Shown piece after piece: positions 34,366 through 44,092 of a stretch of 64,000 nucleotides of DNA. A program made the position numbers and the translations under genes. This DNA comes from a virus. Position 1 is the first letter of the stretch. Each line of letters begins with the position of its first letter. The notes below the pieces were generated by a model. It saw nothing but the letters and a program-made list of their open reading frames with translations. It did not search any database and had not been told where the DNA came from. The DNA lies in the IMG/VR virus record IMGVR_UViG_3300045125_000101, positions 74,068-138,067 of that record; one strand, written 5' to 3'.

Positions 34366-35054
34366 TTATACGATGTTCTGATAATGATTCGTAAAAAATA
34401 ATTCAACACAATTGTTGATTTTTCTTGGCGTATCAACCGCATAAATTTCTCCCGTCTTATTATGGTCGTGTATCACCCATCTAACCAGACCATATTCGTT
34501 TATAATAACAACTGTGGGTATAAGCTTAAAAATTTCTTGATGTGCGACTTGATGTATCCAAAATTGTGGAGTTTTTTGGCACACCGATATAAATCCCATT
34601 CCCGCACATCGAGTAGTATTTACCGCTGCCACCGGACATTCCGCATCGGGAATATAATATTCTTTTTTGGATTTAATATCGTACTTAGTTCCTACAGCAT
34701 ACACAATAAACGAATCGTATTTATCTTTGTTTTCTGAATACGCATTTTGTATTTTTTCTATGTATGTTGGACCCATATAATCATCGCAGTCTTGCCTTGT
34801 TTGAATATCAAACTTTATCGCGTTGAATTTTATTTCTCTCATTCTAGAAAACATTGAATAATTTTTTATTCCATACTTCTCACATTCATTTTTAATAAAA
34901 AATCTATGAATGTCTCGCACACAAATAAAAAGATGAAAATTTTTATTGGTCTGCTGGTGCAAACTCGGAAAATATACATTTTCATCACTTCAAAATAATT
35001 ATTGAAAGCGATATCGTCTTCTAGATTTATTCTCGTTATAATCGCGTGGTTCAT
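34366..35054 (-). CDS. Glycosyltransferase-like (putative rhamnosyltransferase type; frameshifted)
   Basis: HAIITRINL, QQTNKNF, IQTRQDCDD, WVIHDHN. Confidence 0.6.
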
Positions 35055-35110
35055 CGTAGAATATAATTATCCGACACAAACATACTCGTCGCATAGTTCT
35101 CGCGAAATAA

Positions 35111-35390
35111 TTATATTTTTTTCACAGAGTATAAAAACTTATTTTTAAAACCAAATTTCTTAAATTCAGATTCTTCTATCAATTCATTTGCGCATATTAT
35201 TTTTGCTTCAAATCCGGCAGAAGTAAGTTTATTCAAAAAATCTAATTTTCCATATAGTCTAACTCTATTTGGTTGACCATACAATTGATGCCGTTTTTCT
35301 GGTGTATCCGCTTCATTATTTTCTAGTGTTACATCGCCTTTTGTCGGCACCATAAATATTCCAGTTCCACCTACTTTTAATGTTCTTATA
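35111..35390 (-). pseudogene. C-terminal fragment of a class I SAM methyltransferase
   Basis: RTLKVGGTGIFMVP...YGQPNRVRLYG...AGF; the SAM-binding N-terminal half is absent upstream. Confidence 0.5.
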
Positions 35391-35493
35391 TAAATATAAA
35401 TAAATTAGCAAAAACAATCATTTTTTGATAATGTTATAATTTATATAAATTATGCATAAATGCCTCAATTTACTTGATATACTTTTATAGATT

Positions 35494-35583
35494 TGGCGGA
35501 AGAAGTGAGATTCGAACTCACGGAGACCTTTCGGCCTCGACGGTTTTCAAGACCGCTGCCTTAAACCACTCAGCCATCCTTCC
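35494..35583 (-). tRNA. trnS: tRNA-Ser(TGA)
   Basis: GCGGT-CTTGAAA-ACCGT, long variable arm, G73, CCA. Confidence 0.95.
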
Positions 35584-36361
35584 GTTAAAAATAATTATAT
35601 AACTAATGAACTTTTTGAGTACTCATTAAGATATATTTCTTCTGTCCATTCTTCCGCAATAATTCTATTATGATGTCCCATTCCATATTTTATATTATCC
35701 TCGCACATCCTAGAATAAGATATTCTCCGCTTTATCGACGTGATAAGAATATGACAACCGCCTATAATGAAGAAGTTTTAGCACATCTTCTCCATATTTC
35801 TGGGGAATAACTTCTCCGGAAGGAGTCTAGAATAATGACTACCCACGGTCCATCCACATGTCTCTTATTTTTAGGATTGAATATAATGTTATTTGAATAA
35901 TTTCAGATTTTATTCAGTTTATAATTTGGTTTGTAATCGGTTGGTTATAATCCGGAAAACGTAGCGATATCATATCATAACCCACTACGGTTGGGAAAGT
36001 TACTCTTTGATTTTTAAATTGTAAAAGAATGTCATACATTTTTGGATGGTATAATAATTCATCATTATCACAAACAATCATCCAATCAAAATTATGAGCA
36101 CCGTCTTTCCATACATTATTTCTTATATCCTTGTAAAGAATATCATCTACATATTTTCCGGAATCTGCGGACCACGTTTGTATTTTTTGTTTTGCCTTTA
36201 CCGAGTTCCAAATGCAATTTCAACACTTTTGTCCGTACTATGCCCGTCTACAATGAGAATTTCATCCACCCACGGTTCATAATGATTAATAAAAAACGGC
36301 ATTATGCGTTCTTCATCTTTACATACTGTAACTAGTTTGATTTTCATATGAGTTATAGCAC

Positions 36362-36457
36362 TGGCGGTGAGTATAGGATTTGAACCTATGGTACGCGGTT
36401 TTTACCCGTACAACGCTTTAGCAAAGCGCCGCTGCGAGACCACTCAGCCAACTCACT
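36362..36457 (-). tRNA. trnS: tRNA-Ser(GCT)
   Basis: GCGCT-TTGCTAA-AGCGT, long variable arm, CCA. Confidence 0.9.
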
Positions 36458-36533
36458 GCCATTAGAAACAAAAAGAACCCTACGTTGATCAAGTGAGGGT
36501 TCTGTCAAGATAACTTGAAAACATTTATAGTTG

Positions 36534-36916
36534 TTATTTGGGAGTGCTTACTTCTGGTGCATCCAATGGTGTAGGTGCAGTTGTATATGCGGCTTTTGTT
36601 TCTCTTGCTTTGCAGCAATCAGAACATTTGCAAGTGGTTGAACTGCTGCCGCCAACGAAAAATCCATATTCATGTTTTTCTGTATTGGCAAATATACCAA
36701 CTTCTTTTCTGCCACCAACAACAAGCAATCCACATAGCAGCATTACAAGCAATAATACAACAATAGGAGTAATCTTTGTTTTGCATTGCCGGTGCAACAA
36801 TCTGGTTCAGACACAAACAGTGATACAATAAATGCCCATATTGCCAAAAACGCACTACGAACAGCATATACAATGTTTCCTATCAATCTTAGTATATAGT
36901 TTATTATAGTTTTCAT
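36534..36916 (-). CDS. Hypothetical membrane protein (frameshifted)
   Basis: Hydrophobic segment and Cys-rich C-terminus. Confidence 0.4.
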
Positions 36917-36924
36917 ATTTTATT

Positions 36925-37642
36925 AGTTATATCCTACCACCTTGACTCATAATCCAGTTTTGTGCAACTTTATTTCGTGGTAGTACTTTTGCCCACGCAT
37001 TTATTTTCCATACAATCCATCCGCAATAACTTTTGCACTATCTGCTCTACTTTCGCTATTATCAACAATAATCATGTTTTTCGCACCAAACAATCCTTGA
37101 AAATGACCTATATTACTTTGAACTGCTTGCCACATTTTTTCTACTTGGCTTGGCGGCAAAGTGCGTGCTCGCTTTGCGTTTCTGGCTTGAGCAGTTTCTA
37201 AATCTGTATTTACCAATACCATCATTGTTTCATAACCAAGTTCTTTAAGCCAAGAATTTGATTTTGAAATTTTATCATAATCCTTACCTGTACCATCTAT
37301 TACAATACCAATTCTGCCATCAACCCAGTCTCCTTCACGTTTATATGTCAACTCTTTGGCTCTATCTCGTATCTTTTGACCTTTTGGAGAGTATATTGCA
37401 TCCGGTGTCAATGGTAGTCCAGCTTGACTCAATAAGTGTTCATATACAATATCAGAGTTCAATACTTTGAACCCCATACCTTCTAATCCAATCTGCTTTA
37501 CAATATAACTTTTTCCAGAGCTGGCCCGCCTGCCATAGAATACTGCTTTGAAAATAATAGGGTCATCTACACCTTCATTTACGCCAAGGTTTTCTAGCAT
37601 TAGCCTTTTATGCTTTTCAAATGTAGATTGCAATATATCCAT
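36925..37642 (-). CDS. P-loop kinase/ATPase (Zeta-toxin/AAA_33-like)
   Basis: FKAVF...SGKSY, NSD..YE, IVIDGTG, VNTDLETAQARNAKRAR. Confidence 0.75.
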
Positions 37643-37839
37643 ATAATATATAAATATGGATATAAAAACTATTTATCTAATCTTGTATATCTGGAATATA
37701 ACGACTCTGGAGCAGAGTTTTGTTTTACAAACTTGTTTGCCATCTTAGATAGTTTAGATGGCGATACTCCATCATAAAAAGCATCAGATAGTTCTCTGAT
37801 GGTTATTGGTTTGGCTGCTTTTTTCTTTTTTGGCATATA

Positions 37840-38456
37840 TCACCGAACGTACAGCGCATCTCCCCATTTAAAAGTCATCTCGGTTTCTACTCTATTGAAT
37901 CCAAACAAGCTCAAATAACTGTCCATTTCATGGAGCAAACAACAGTTTTTATATAATGGCTCTGCATTTACTTCCGAATAAATATACTTTATTGAGTCCA
38001 TTATTTTTCCACAACCTTTCAAGTGCTAAAAGTTCTGCACCTTGTATATCAAGATTTATAAAATTTCTAGCATCCGGTGATATATCATTTTCACTAAACA
38101 ATGTGTCAAGTCTCTTTGTATTAAACTCTTTTACTTCAGCGACTTGTATTCCCGGATAATAATCCTTATGTGTTCCAAATTCAAGAATCGACGACGATTG
38201 TCCATTATTTGTTATATAAAATTTTGTTAATTGATTATTAGTATCACTTACCACACCGTGTAATATTTTTCATCAAATTGAAGCGTTGTTTTTAACAAAG
38301 GTCTTCAATAATTTTGTCGTTACCATCTATCCAAACTGTGTTATACAGCCCCATCCGTTGATAATCGTGTCTTTCTTCCAAATAATGCGCACCAATATGA
38401 ATTATGCCAGTAGGCATGCCATATTTTTTTACTATTGTTTCTATATTGATTATCAT
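37840..38456 (-). CDS. FkbM-family methyltransferase (frameshifted)
   Basis: IIHIGAH, NNGQSSSILE, NLDIQGAELLAL, IYSEVN, WGDALY. Confidence 0.88.
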
Positions 38457-38507
38457 ATGTTTATTTGTATATATCAAACATCGCAGATATTGTGCCAGTT
38501 ATAAAAA

Positions 38508-38585
38508 TGGTACAGGTGGTGAGATTTGAACTCACAATCTTTCCGCCCCAAACGGAACGCGATAACCAGATTACGCTACACCTGT
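38508..38585 (-). tRNA. trnP: tRNA-Pro(TGG)
   Basis: TTCCG-TTTGGGG-CGGAA, CCA. Confidence 0.9.
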
Positions 38586-38630
38586 ATAATTACATTTTTT
38601 CTACCCTATAACTATTATGTTGAAGAACTT

Positions 38631-39092
38631 TCACACATAATGCCAAAAATTCTTCTTTGTCAAGTCCGATTTTGCTTGGTTGGCTTCTTTTAACGCCAAT
38701 CCCATATTTTCCAATGTAGACTCTCCACCTCTTGACAAAGGAATGATATGGTCAAAAGAATATCTGGGCATATCTTGCAAATCAATCGGTTCTCCGTTAA
38801 ATAACAAATTGGATTTTTTCCTATCTTTTTTTCCACATCTGCTTGTTTTAGCAATGGATAATTTTTCTGTTTGGACTGTTTTTACCATAGTTGTAGCAAA
38901 ATCCTTGTATTTTCTTATACAGCGCGCCGCGTCGAAGTAGAGTGTCTTGCATTTCTATTTTTGGTTTTTGCTTCTGCCCACTAGAACAGTGATATGCAAT
39001 TGTACCTTTAGAACAATCTAAGATATTTTGTATTTGTGTATATGTTTTCCTTCTTTGCGAAGTCGGATTATTTCTTGTTGTAGTATTGTCAT
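38631..39092 (-). CDS. HNH endonuclease with N-terminal HTH (frameshifted)
   Basis: LDCSKGTIAYH; FDHIIPLSRGGESTLENM...ANQAKSD. Confidence 0.8.
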
Positions 39093-39213
39093 ATACAATA
39101 AATATATGACAGGTTCAAATTTATGCTAAAAATATTGAACTATTTACTATATAAAAATGCCCAGATACACAAAGCATCTGGGCAAGAGATAAACGTTTAT
39201 ATGTGTTTATGCT

Positions 39214-39449
39214 TCACTTACTCTCAACAAATCGATAGAGTTTTGATGCAATTTCCATTAGCTTCCTCTACGCGATTGTCGGGTGCAGCAGTTAATGTAT
39301 TCTTGTTGGTTTTTTCAGCTTCATAACGCAACGCTTCATTGGCGAAGTGATAACGATGGTCAGCCATATCAAGTGCCTTGTTAAGCACTTCCCAACGGAT
39401 TTCATAACCGCTCTTACCCGTCTTTTTGTGTATTTGTATCTTTACTCAT
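39214..39449 (-). CDS. Small conserved phage hypothetical protein (frameshifted)
   Basis: KSGYEIRWEVL..A...IASKLYRFVE. Confidence 0.5.
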
Positions 39450-39537
39450 TGTGTGTGTATGAAATGATTTACATTATTGTATCTCATTTCGCACATCATA
39501 ATAATTAAAATACTATTTGTCAAGAATATAAAAAAGA

Positions 39538-39848
39538 TTTGTCGTTTATTTCGTATGCGACTCCACGAAGGGACTGCCCTAATTGTGTGTGAAAAATTTG
39601 GGAGGGCTAATGATTACCTCCATTCTAACTCTGATATTTCAGTTATTCAGTCAGATGACACCGTCGCATCATAATGGTTCGCAATGTCATATGTTATTCT
39701 ACATACAAACCATACCTCTGAGTAGCTTCGGTTGGCCAACCTAGGCTTCAGCATAGTACCTTACTTACTAATCAGAGCAGAAACTTACTCATATTCTTCA
39801 TATGAATAATGCGTTAGTCCCATTTGATAAGACTTTTTCCGCCACAAA
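39538..39848 (-). ncRNA. Unassigned ~310-nt structured RNA
   Basis: ORF-poor, multiple hairpins, 3' H-type pseudoknot; downstream of tRNA-Ala and a boxA-like motif. Confidence 0.5.
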
Positions 39849-39871
39849 AGATGTTTATTAAAGAACGAAAT

Positions 39872-39947
39872 TGGTGGACCCAACAGGGTTCGAACCTGCG
39901 ACCTTCTGCTTGCAAAGCAGCTTCTCTACCAACTGAGATATGAGCCC
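39872..39947 (-). tRNA. trnA: tRNA-Ala(TGC)
   Basis: CTGCT-TTGCA-AGCAG region, G3:U70, CCA. Confidence 0.95.
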
Positions 39948-40002
39948 ATTAATTAAAGAACAAAGATAACTATGTACTAGTTTTATGAAATGTCAAGAAA
40001 AT

Positions 40003-40077
40003 TGGTGGTCCTTCACGGTTACGCTCCGTGGTCTTTCGATTATCAGTCGAAGGCTCTAACTATTGAGCTAAAGGACC
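40003..40077 (-). tRNA. trnI: tRNA-Ile(GAT)
   Basis: TTCGA-CTGATAA-TCGAA, CCA. Confidence 0.9.
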
Positions 40078-40267
40078 GTAAAAATCACTAAAATCATTTT
40101 CTATACCCTCATAATACTTGTCTTGTTTATATATCTGTAAAATACGAGCGTGTTCATAATCACTTGTAGGTATCCATCTAGGCGGTTCGCCTTTTAGGAA
40201 TATTACTGTATATGATTTATTTTTATCAACTGCTCTTCTTATCATTAGCATAAAGATAAATATATAG

Positions 40268-40341
40268 TGGCTGTTCCTCCTAGACTCGAACTAGGACAAG
40301 CGCAGTCAAAGTGCGCTGTGCTGCCATTACACCAAGGAACA
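40268..40341 (-). tRNA. trnQ: tRNA-Gln(TTG)
   Basis: GCGCA-CTTTGAC-TGCGC, CCA. Confidence 0.92.
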
Positions 40342-40431
40342 ATACAGATAATTATCATTCTGTCAATAAATATATCCATCGGCATTTCAGTGCCCAAATG
40401 CACATTGTAGCCGATGATTTGGTTAATAAAT

Positions 40432-40509
40432 TGGTAGCCCCATTCGGGTCACGATCACGGGCTCTCCTGCTTGAAAGGCAGGCGAACTCAACCATTATTC
40501 TATAGGGCC
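40432..40509 (-). tRNA. trnE: tRNA-Glu(TTC)
   Basis: CCTGC-CTTTCAA-GCAGG, CCA; T arm imperfect. Confidence 0.8.
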
Positions 40510-40547
40510 ATAAAATTGAGATAATGTCGCCATATTGCGACTCAAAA

Positions 40548-40624
40548 TGGCGGGACTGGTGAGATTCGAACTCACACTAAAACACGTTCGTAGCGTGTGT
40601 GACTTTCCAGTTGCCGACAGTCCC
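40548..40624 (-). tRNA. trnR: tRNA-Arg(ACG)
   Basis: ACACG-CTACGAA-CGTGT, CCA. Confidence 0.88.
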
Positions 40625-40689
40625 GTAAAATTGCGAAGGTAGCTAGTATCTCAACCAAGCTATTAAGTCGTTGCGACACCTTCTTAAAT

Positions 40690-40776
40690 TGGTGGTGACA
40701 GTTGGACTCGAACCAACGAAGGCCGGTAGGCCGAATGATTTACAGTCATTTGCACTTGCCGCTATGCGATGCCACC
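40690..40776 (-). tRNA. trnY: tRNA-Tyr(GTA)
   Basis: AATGA-CTGTAAA-TCATT, long variable arm, CCA. Confidence 0.92.
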
Positions 40777-40787
40777 ATTTAAAATAA

Positions 40788-40863
40788 TGCGGGGTGCATC
40801 GGATTTGCACCGACTCTCTATAGATTGACAATCTATCGCTTGTGCTTCATAAGCTCCCACCCC
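40788..40863 (-). tRNA. trnD: tRNA-Asp(GTC)
   Basis: ATAGA-TTGTCAA-TCTAT; no intact CCA in this read. Confidence 0.78.
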
Positions 40864-41024
40864 ATATAAATTTATTAGCAAGATGTGAATTCACTTATCA
40901 CCATTTAGCGTGTTTGCACGTCCATACTGACTTTAACAGTCTCTTCTTGCTACAAAACGATATTTTTACTAGTATTGTCGTAAAAAATTACTTAATTATC
41001 AATCCGTTGTATATATATGTATAT

Positions 41025-41661
41025 ATGAAATATGAAAAAGTATTTGTAATAGGATTCAATAAAACTGCTAGTACCAGTTTTCATAAATTATTTGTACATT
41101 TAGGTCTTCCATCTGTGCATACTCGAGAATGGAAATATAAAAAATATACATGTTTTTCTGATGGGAAAAGGCATACACTTGACGGACCTGATAATTTTAA
41201 ATCTTTGGAACAAAGATTCCCAAATGCATTGTTTATACTAAATACTCGACCATTATCTCAATGGTTATTTAGTAGAGCTAAACATGGTATAATATACCCA
41301 CGCAAATGGTCTTATCCAGCAACCCACGAAAAATTTATAAAATGGATAAATTCCAGAAATTCTTTTCACGATGAAGTATTGAGTTTTTTTTTCAAAAATC
41401 TCCAAACAAACTTCTTGTGATAAATATAAATAATAAAAATTGGGAATTGATGGTGGCAAATGAATTGGGATTTTGTAATCACGAACAATTATTTCATGTC
41501 AACTCAATACCAGAAAGTACCATTCCAGAATTCACGCTATTAGAAATATAAAAATATTTTAACAGAAACTTTCAAAATGTTAAATATGAATGAGAATTGA
41601 GCAAAACCGTTTGGACATAGATTCGGAATTAGTAAAATGTTACAAACACAATTTGTATTAA
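41025..41661 (+). CDS. Sulfotransferase-family protein (frameshifted)
   Basis: KVFVIGFNKTASTS (5'-PSB loop), FPNALFILNTRPLSQWLFSR. Confidence 0.75.
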
Positions 41662-41663
41662 AT

Positions 41664-41751
41664 TGATGCTCCGAGAGGGACTCGCACCCCCGATGACATT
41701 TTACTGCGGCGGCTTAAATGCCAAACCTTTCGCCGCTGAGAGAATCGGAGC
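41664..41751 (-). tRNA. tRNA-like gene, probably tRNA-Lys(TTT) with long variable arm
   Basis: GCTCCGA/TCGGAGC acceptor and T arm; anticodon loop ATTTAA is one base short. Confidence 0.55.
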
Positions 41752-41756
41752 ATAAA

Positions 41757-41981
41757 TGAATTACCAGTGTGGGGTTCGCACCCACCATACACTATTTTTT
41801 CCGTGATGGTCTGAACATATCGTGCACTCTGTTCTTGGTTTATCAACCGCAGCTATTTCACGCTTGGCAGTTGATATCCGACTTATCGGTCGTCGTACCT
41901 ATCACTTGGTCTCACAGAAGCGACCCGCAAGATTGCTGATGTGTATGCTACGACTGCTAAGATTCTGCATCTTACTGGTAA
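41757..41981 (-). ncRNA. ~225-nt RNA with tRNA-like acceptor and T arms
   Basis: TTACCAGT/ACTGGTAA, GTGGG-TGCGAAC-CCCAC and multiple internal helices. Confidence 0.65.
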
Positions 41982-41983
41982 AG

Positions 41984-42059
41984 TGGCTGTCCCAGCACGG
42001 TTCGAACGTGCGACCTTGAAGTTAACAGCTTCTTGCTCTGCCGACTGAGCTATGGGACA
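41984..42059 (-). tRNA. trnN: tRNA-Asn(GTT)
   Basis: GAAG-CTGTTAA-CTTC, CCA. Confidence 0.93.
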
Positions 42060-42068
42060 ATAATACCG

Positions 42069-42488
42069 TCATCTTGTTCTGCATGACAGTTTGAACACAC
42101 CAATATACATTTTTCCGCTTCTTCTTTTAAGCGAGCAAATGATTTTGTTCGTTCCACTAATTTGAAAATCTTTGTTGTTTGGATCTTTATGGTGGAATTG
42201 TAATGCTCTCTGGCATTTATCGTAGCCACAGCAAACGCATTTTCCGCCCATATGTTCTATCAACTTTTGCTTGGTACGTCTTCTCCATTCTGTGACTGCT
42301 TTCACTTTTTGATCTGCCCTAACCACATCTTCCATTTTTCTATTTTTTATTATTAAATATTTTGCTAAAGTGTGCCTGTGCCAGCCAAACTTTTTTCCTA
42401 CTTCGGAAACAGGAACATCATTTTCATCATAAAATTTTTGCATTTCTGCTATTTGGTCTGCCGTTGGTTTTATATTCTTTGTGTACAT
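42069..42488 (-). CDS. HNH homing endonuclease
   Basis: GGKCVCCGYDKCQRALQFHHKDP...LVCSNCH. Confidence 0.85.
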   Translation of the reverse strand: MYTKNIKPTADQIAEMQKFYDENDVPVSEVGKKFGWHRHTLAKYLIIKNRKMEDVVRADQKVKAVTEWRRRTKQKLIEHMGGKCVCCGYDKCQRALQFHHKDPNNKDFQISGTNKIICSLKRRSGKMYIGVFKLSCRTR

Positions 42489-42544
42489 AATATTAACTTT
42501 CTTTGTTAATAAATATGTAGCAGCAAGACAAAACGGTGATAAAT

Positions 42545-42633
42545 TGTAGAGAGTGTTTAGCCAAGAGTGATTATATTAATCTACTATGAACCTATCCCAA
42601 TAATTTGGATAGCTGTGCCCTTAACTCTCTGTA
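42545..42633 (-). ncRNA. Structured RNA motif, copy 1
   Basis: AGAGAGT/ACTCTCT closing stem; paralogue at 44093-44177. Confidence 0.6.
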
Positions 42634-42638
42634 AAAAA

Positions 42639-42713
42639 TGGCATAGGCGACAGGAATCGAACCTGTATAAGGCAGTTTTGGAGACTGCTGCACTACCAAT
42701 ATACCACGCCTAT
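42639..42713 (-). tRNA. trnW: tRNA-Trp(CCA)
   Basis: GCAGT-CTCCAAA-ACTGC, CCA. Confidence 0.9.
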
Positions 42714-42717
42714 ATTA

Positions 42718-43899
42718 GATTAGTTTGTTCAAACCATCACCAACAATGGTCTTATGGTCGAATGCGAGAGTTGGTAATTGTTTGATGTCAAACCATCTTT
42801 AGCTTCCTCTGCATCATCTTGACCTGATACTTTTTTATTTGCATACTCTTCTGGAAGAATTATACCAAAAGCATATGATTTTGACCAAGCATCTTTTGTA
42901 TCTCTGGGATCTCTGCCTGCTCCTTCATATACACCGATTGGAACAACCATACTTTCCAAATTAGCGATATACAATCCAGTTTCTTCTTGAAGTTCTCGTA
43001 TAGCAGCTTGTTTCGGAGTTTCTCTACCAGGTTTCACTCTTCTCCACGTTTTGCGTTTGTGTCTATAAATCCACCAGGCAACGCCCATTTACCACCTTCA
43101 ACTCCTGCTTTTCTTTTGATGAGTAGAATTTTGTATCCTTCGGCGTCTTCCTTCAGAACAATGTTGTCTACCGTTGGGTTTGGACCTTTGTATCTATAAT
43201 TGGACTGAGAAGCAAATTGACTTCCATCATAATCCTTATTCAAAATCTTTTCTACAAAGGTATATGAACTTGGAACAAGAAATATAGCTTGAGAAGGTTG
43301 AAGTAGATGTACAGTACCTGTTCTATCCAACACAACATCATATCCCATCTGTCTTAAAAGAGTATTGAAATATATCATTGATTTCTTAGCTGGACCAGCG
43401 CTACCTTCCACCTTGTTGCTGATATAATTCATCAAACCATAAACATATTTTCCATCACTGTCTATTGGGTATAGCATATCCTTAGAATTGTCTTCAAACT
43501 CTTTGAGAAGATCATCAAACGATGAACCAAACTTCTTTTCGTATAAAGCTTTAAGTTTATTCAAATCAGATTGTTTTGAATTATAATTCTCAAGATCTAT
43601 TACTTTGTTTGTGTTTTAACTTTAAAACATTTACAAAAGGTCTGTCTTTTTCGAACAAGTAATTTTTTTCTTGAATATCATCAAATACGTCACTCAGCTT
43701 GTAGGCGTACAATCCAACCGGAGTTGAATATGGAGTCTTGGGATTGATTCCCACTTTTTCAATGGACGTGGAATGTTATGAAATAATTTTCATCATCTTT
43801 GTATTTTCTCAAGGACTCAATTGCAGAAACCTTTGGATTCATTTCTGGATTCTTTCTCGCTTCTTGTATCTTGTATAATAAGTCTTTGAGTTTAATCAT
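42718..43899 (-). CDS. ADP-ribosyltransferase-like domain fused to Nudix hydrolase (frameshifted)
   Basis: MIKLKDLL; GINP...TPVGLYAY; GYDVVLD...QPSQAIFL; C-terminal TVDNIV..ILLIKR..WALPGGF..ETPKQAAIRELQEETGL..GRDPR. Confidence 0.75.
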
Positions 43900-43930
43900 A
43901 TCTTATAAATATGAACGTATCCAAGTAAAA

Positions 43931-44005
43931 TGGTGGGAATGGACGGTTATGCTCCGTCTCACACAGATTCACAATCTGTTATGCTTCTATTACATCACAA
44001 TCCCC
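43931..44005 (-). tRNA. trnH: tRNA-His(GTG)
   Basis: ACAGA-TTGTGAA-TCTGT, CCA. Confidence 0.85.
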
Positions 44006-44010
44006 GTAAA

Positions 44011-44086
44011 TGGCTGTCCCAGCACGGTTCGAACGTGCGACCTTGAAATTAACAGTTTCTTGCTCTGCCAACTGAGCTATGGGACA
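44011..44086 (-). tRNA. trnN: tRNA-Asn(GTT), second copy
   Basis: GAAA-CTGTTAA-TTTC; near-identical to 41984-42059. Confidence 0.93.
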
Positions 44087-44092
44087 ATAAAT

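Noticed and set aside
41664-41751. Ochre (TTA) suppressor tRNA
   Set aside because: The loop is 6 nt and ambiguous, TAA is the dominant stop codon, and a lost T giving Lys(TTT) is simpler.
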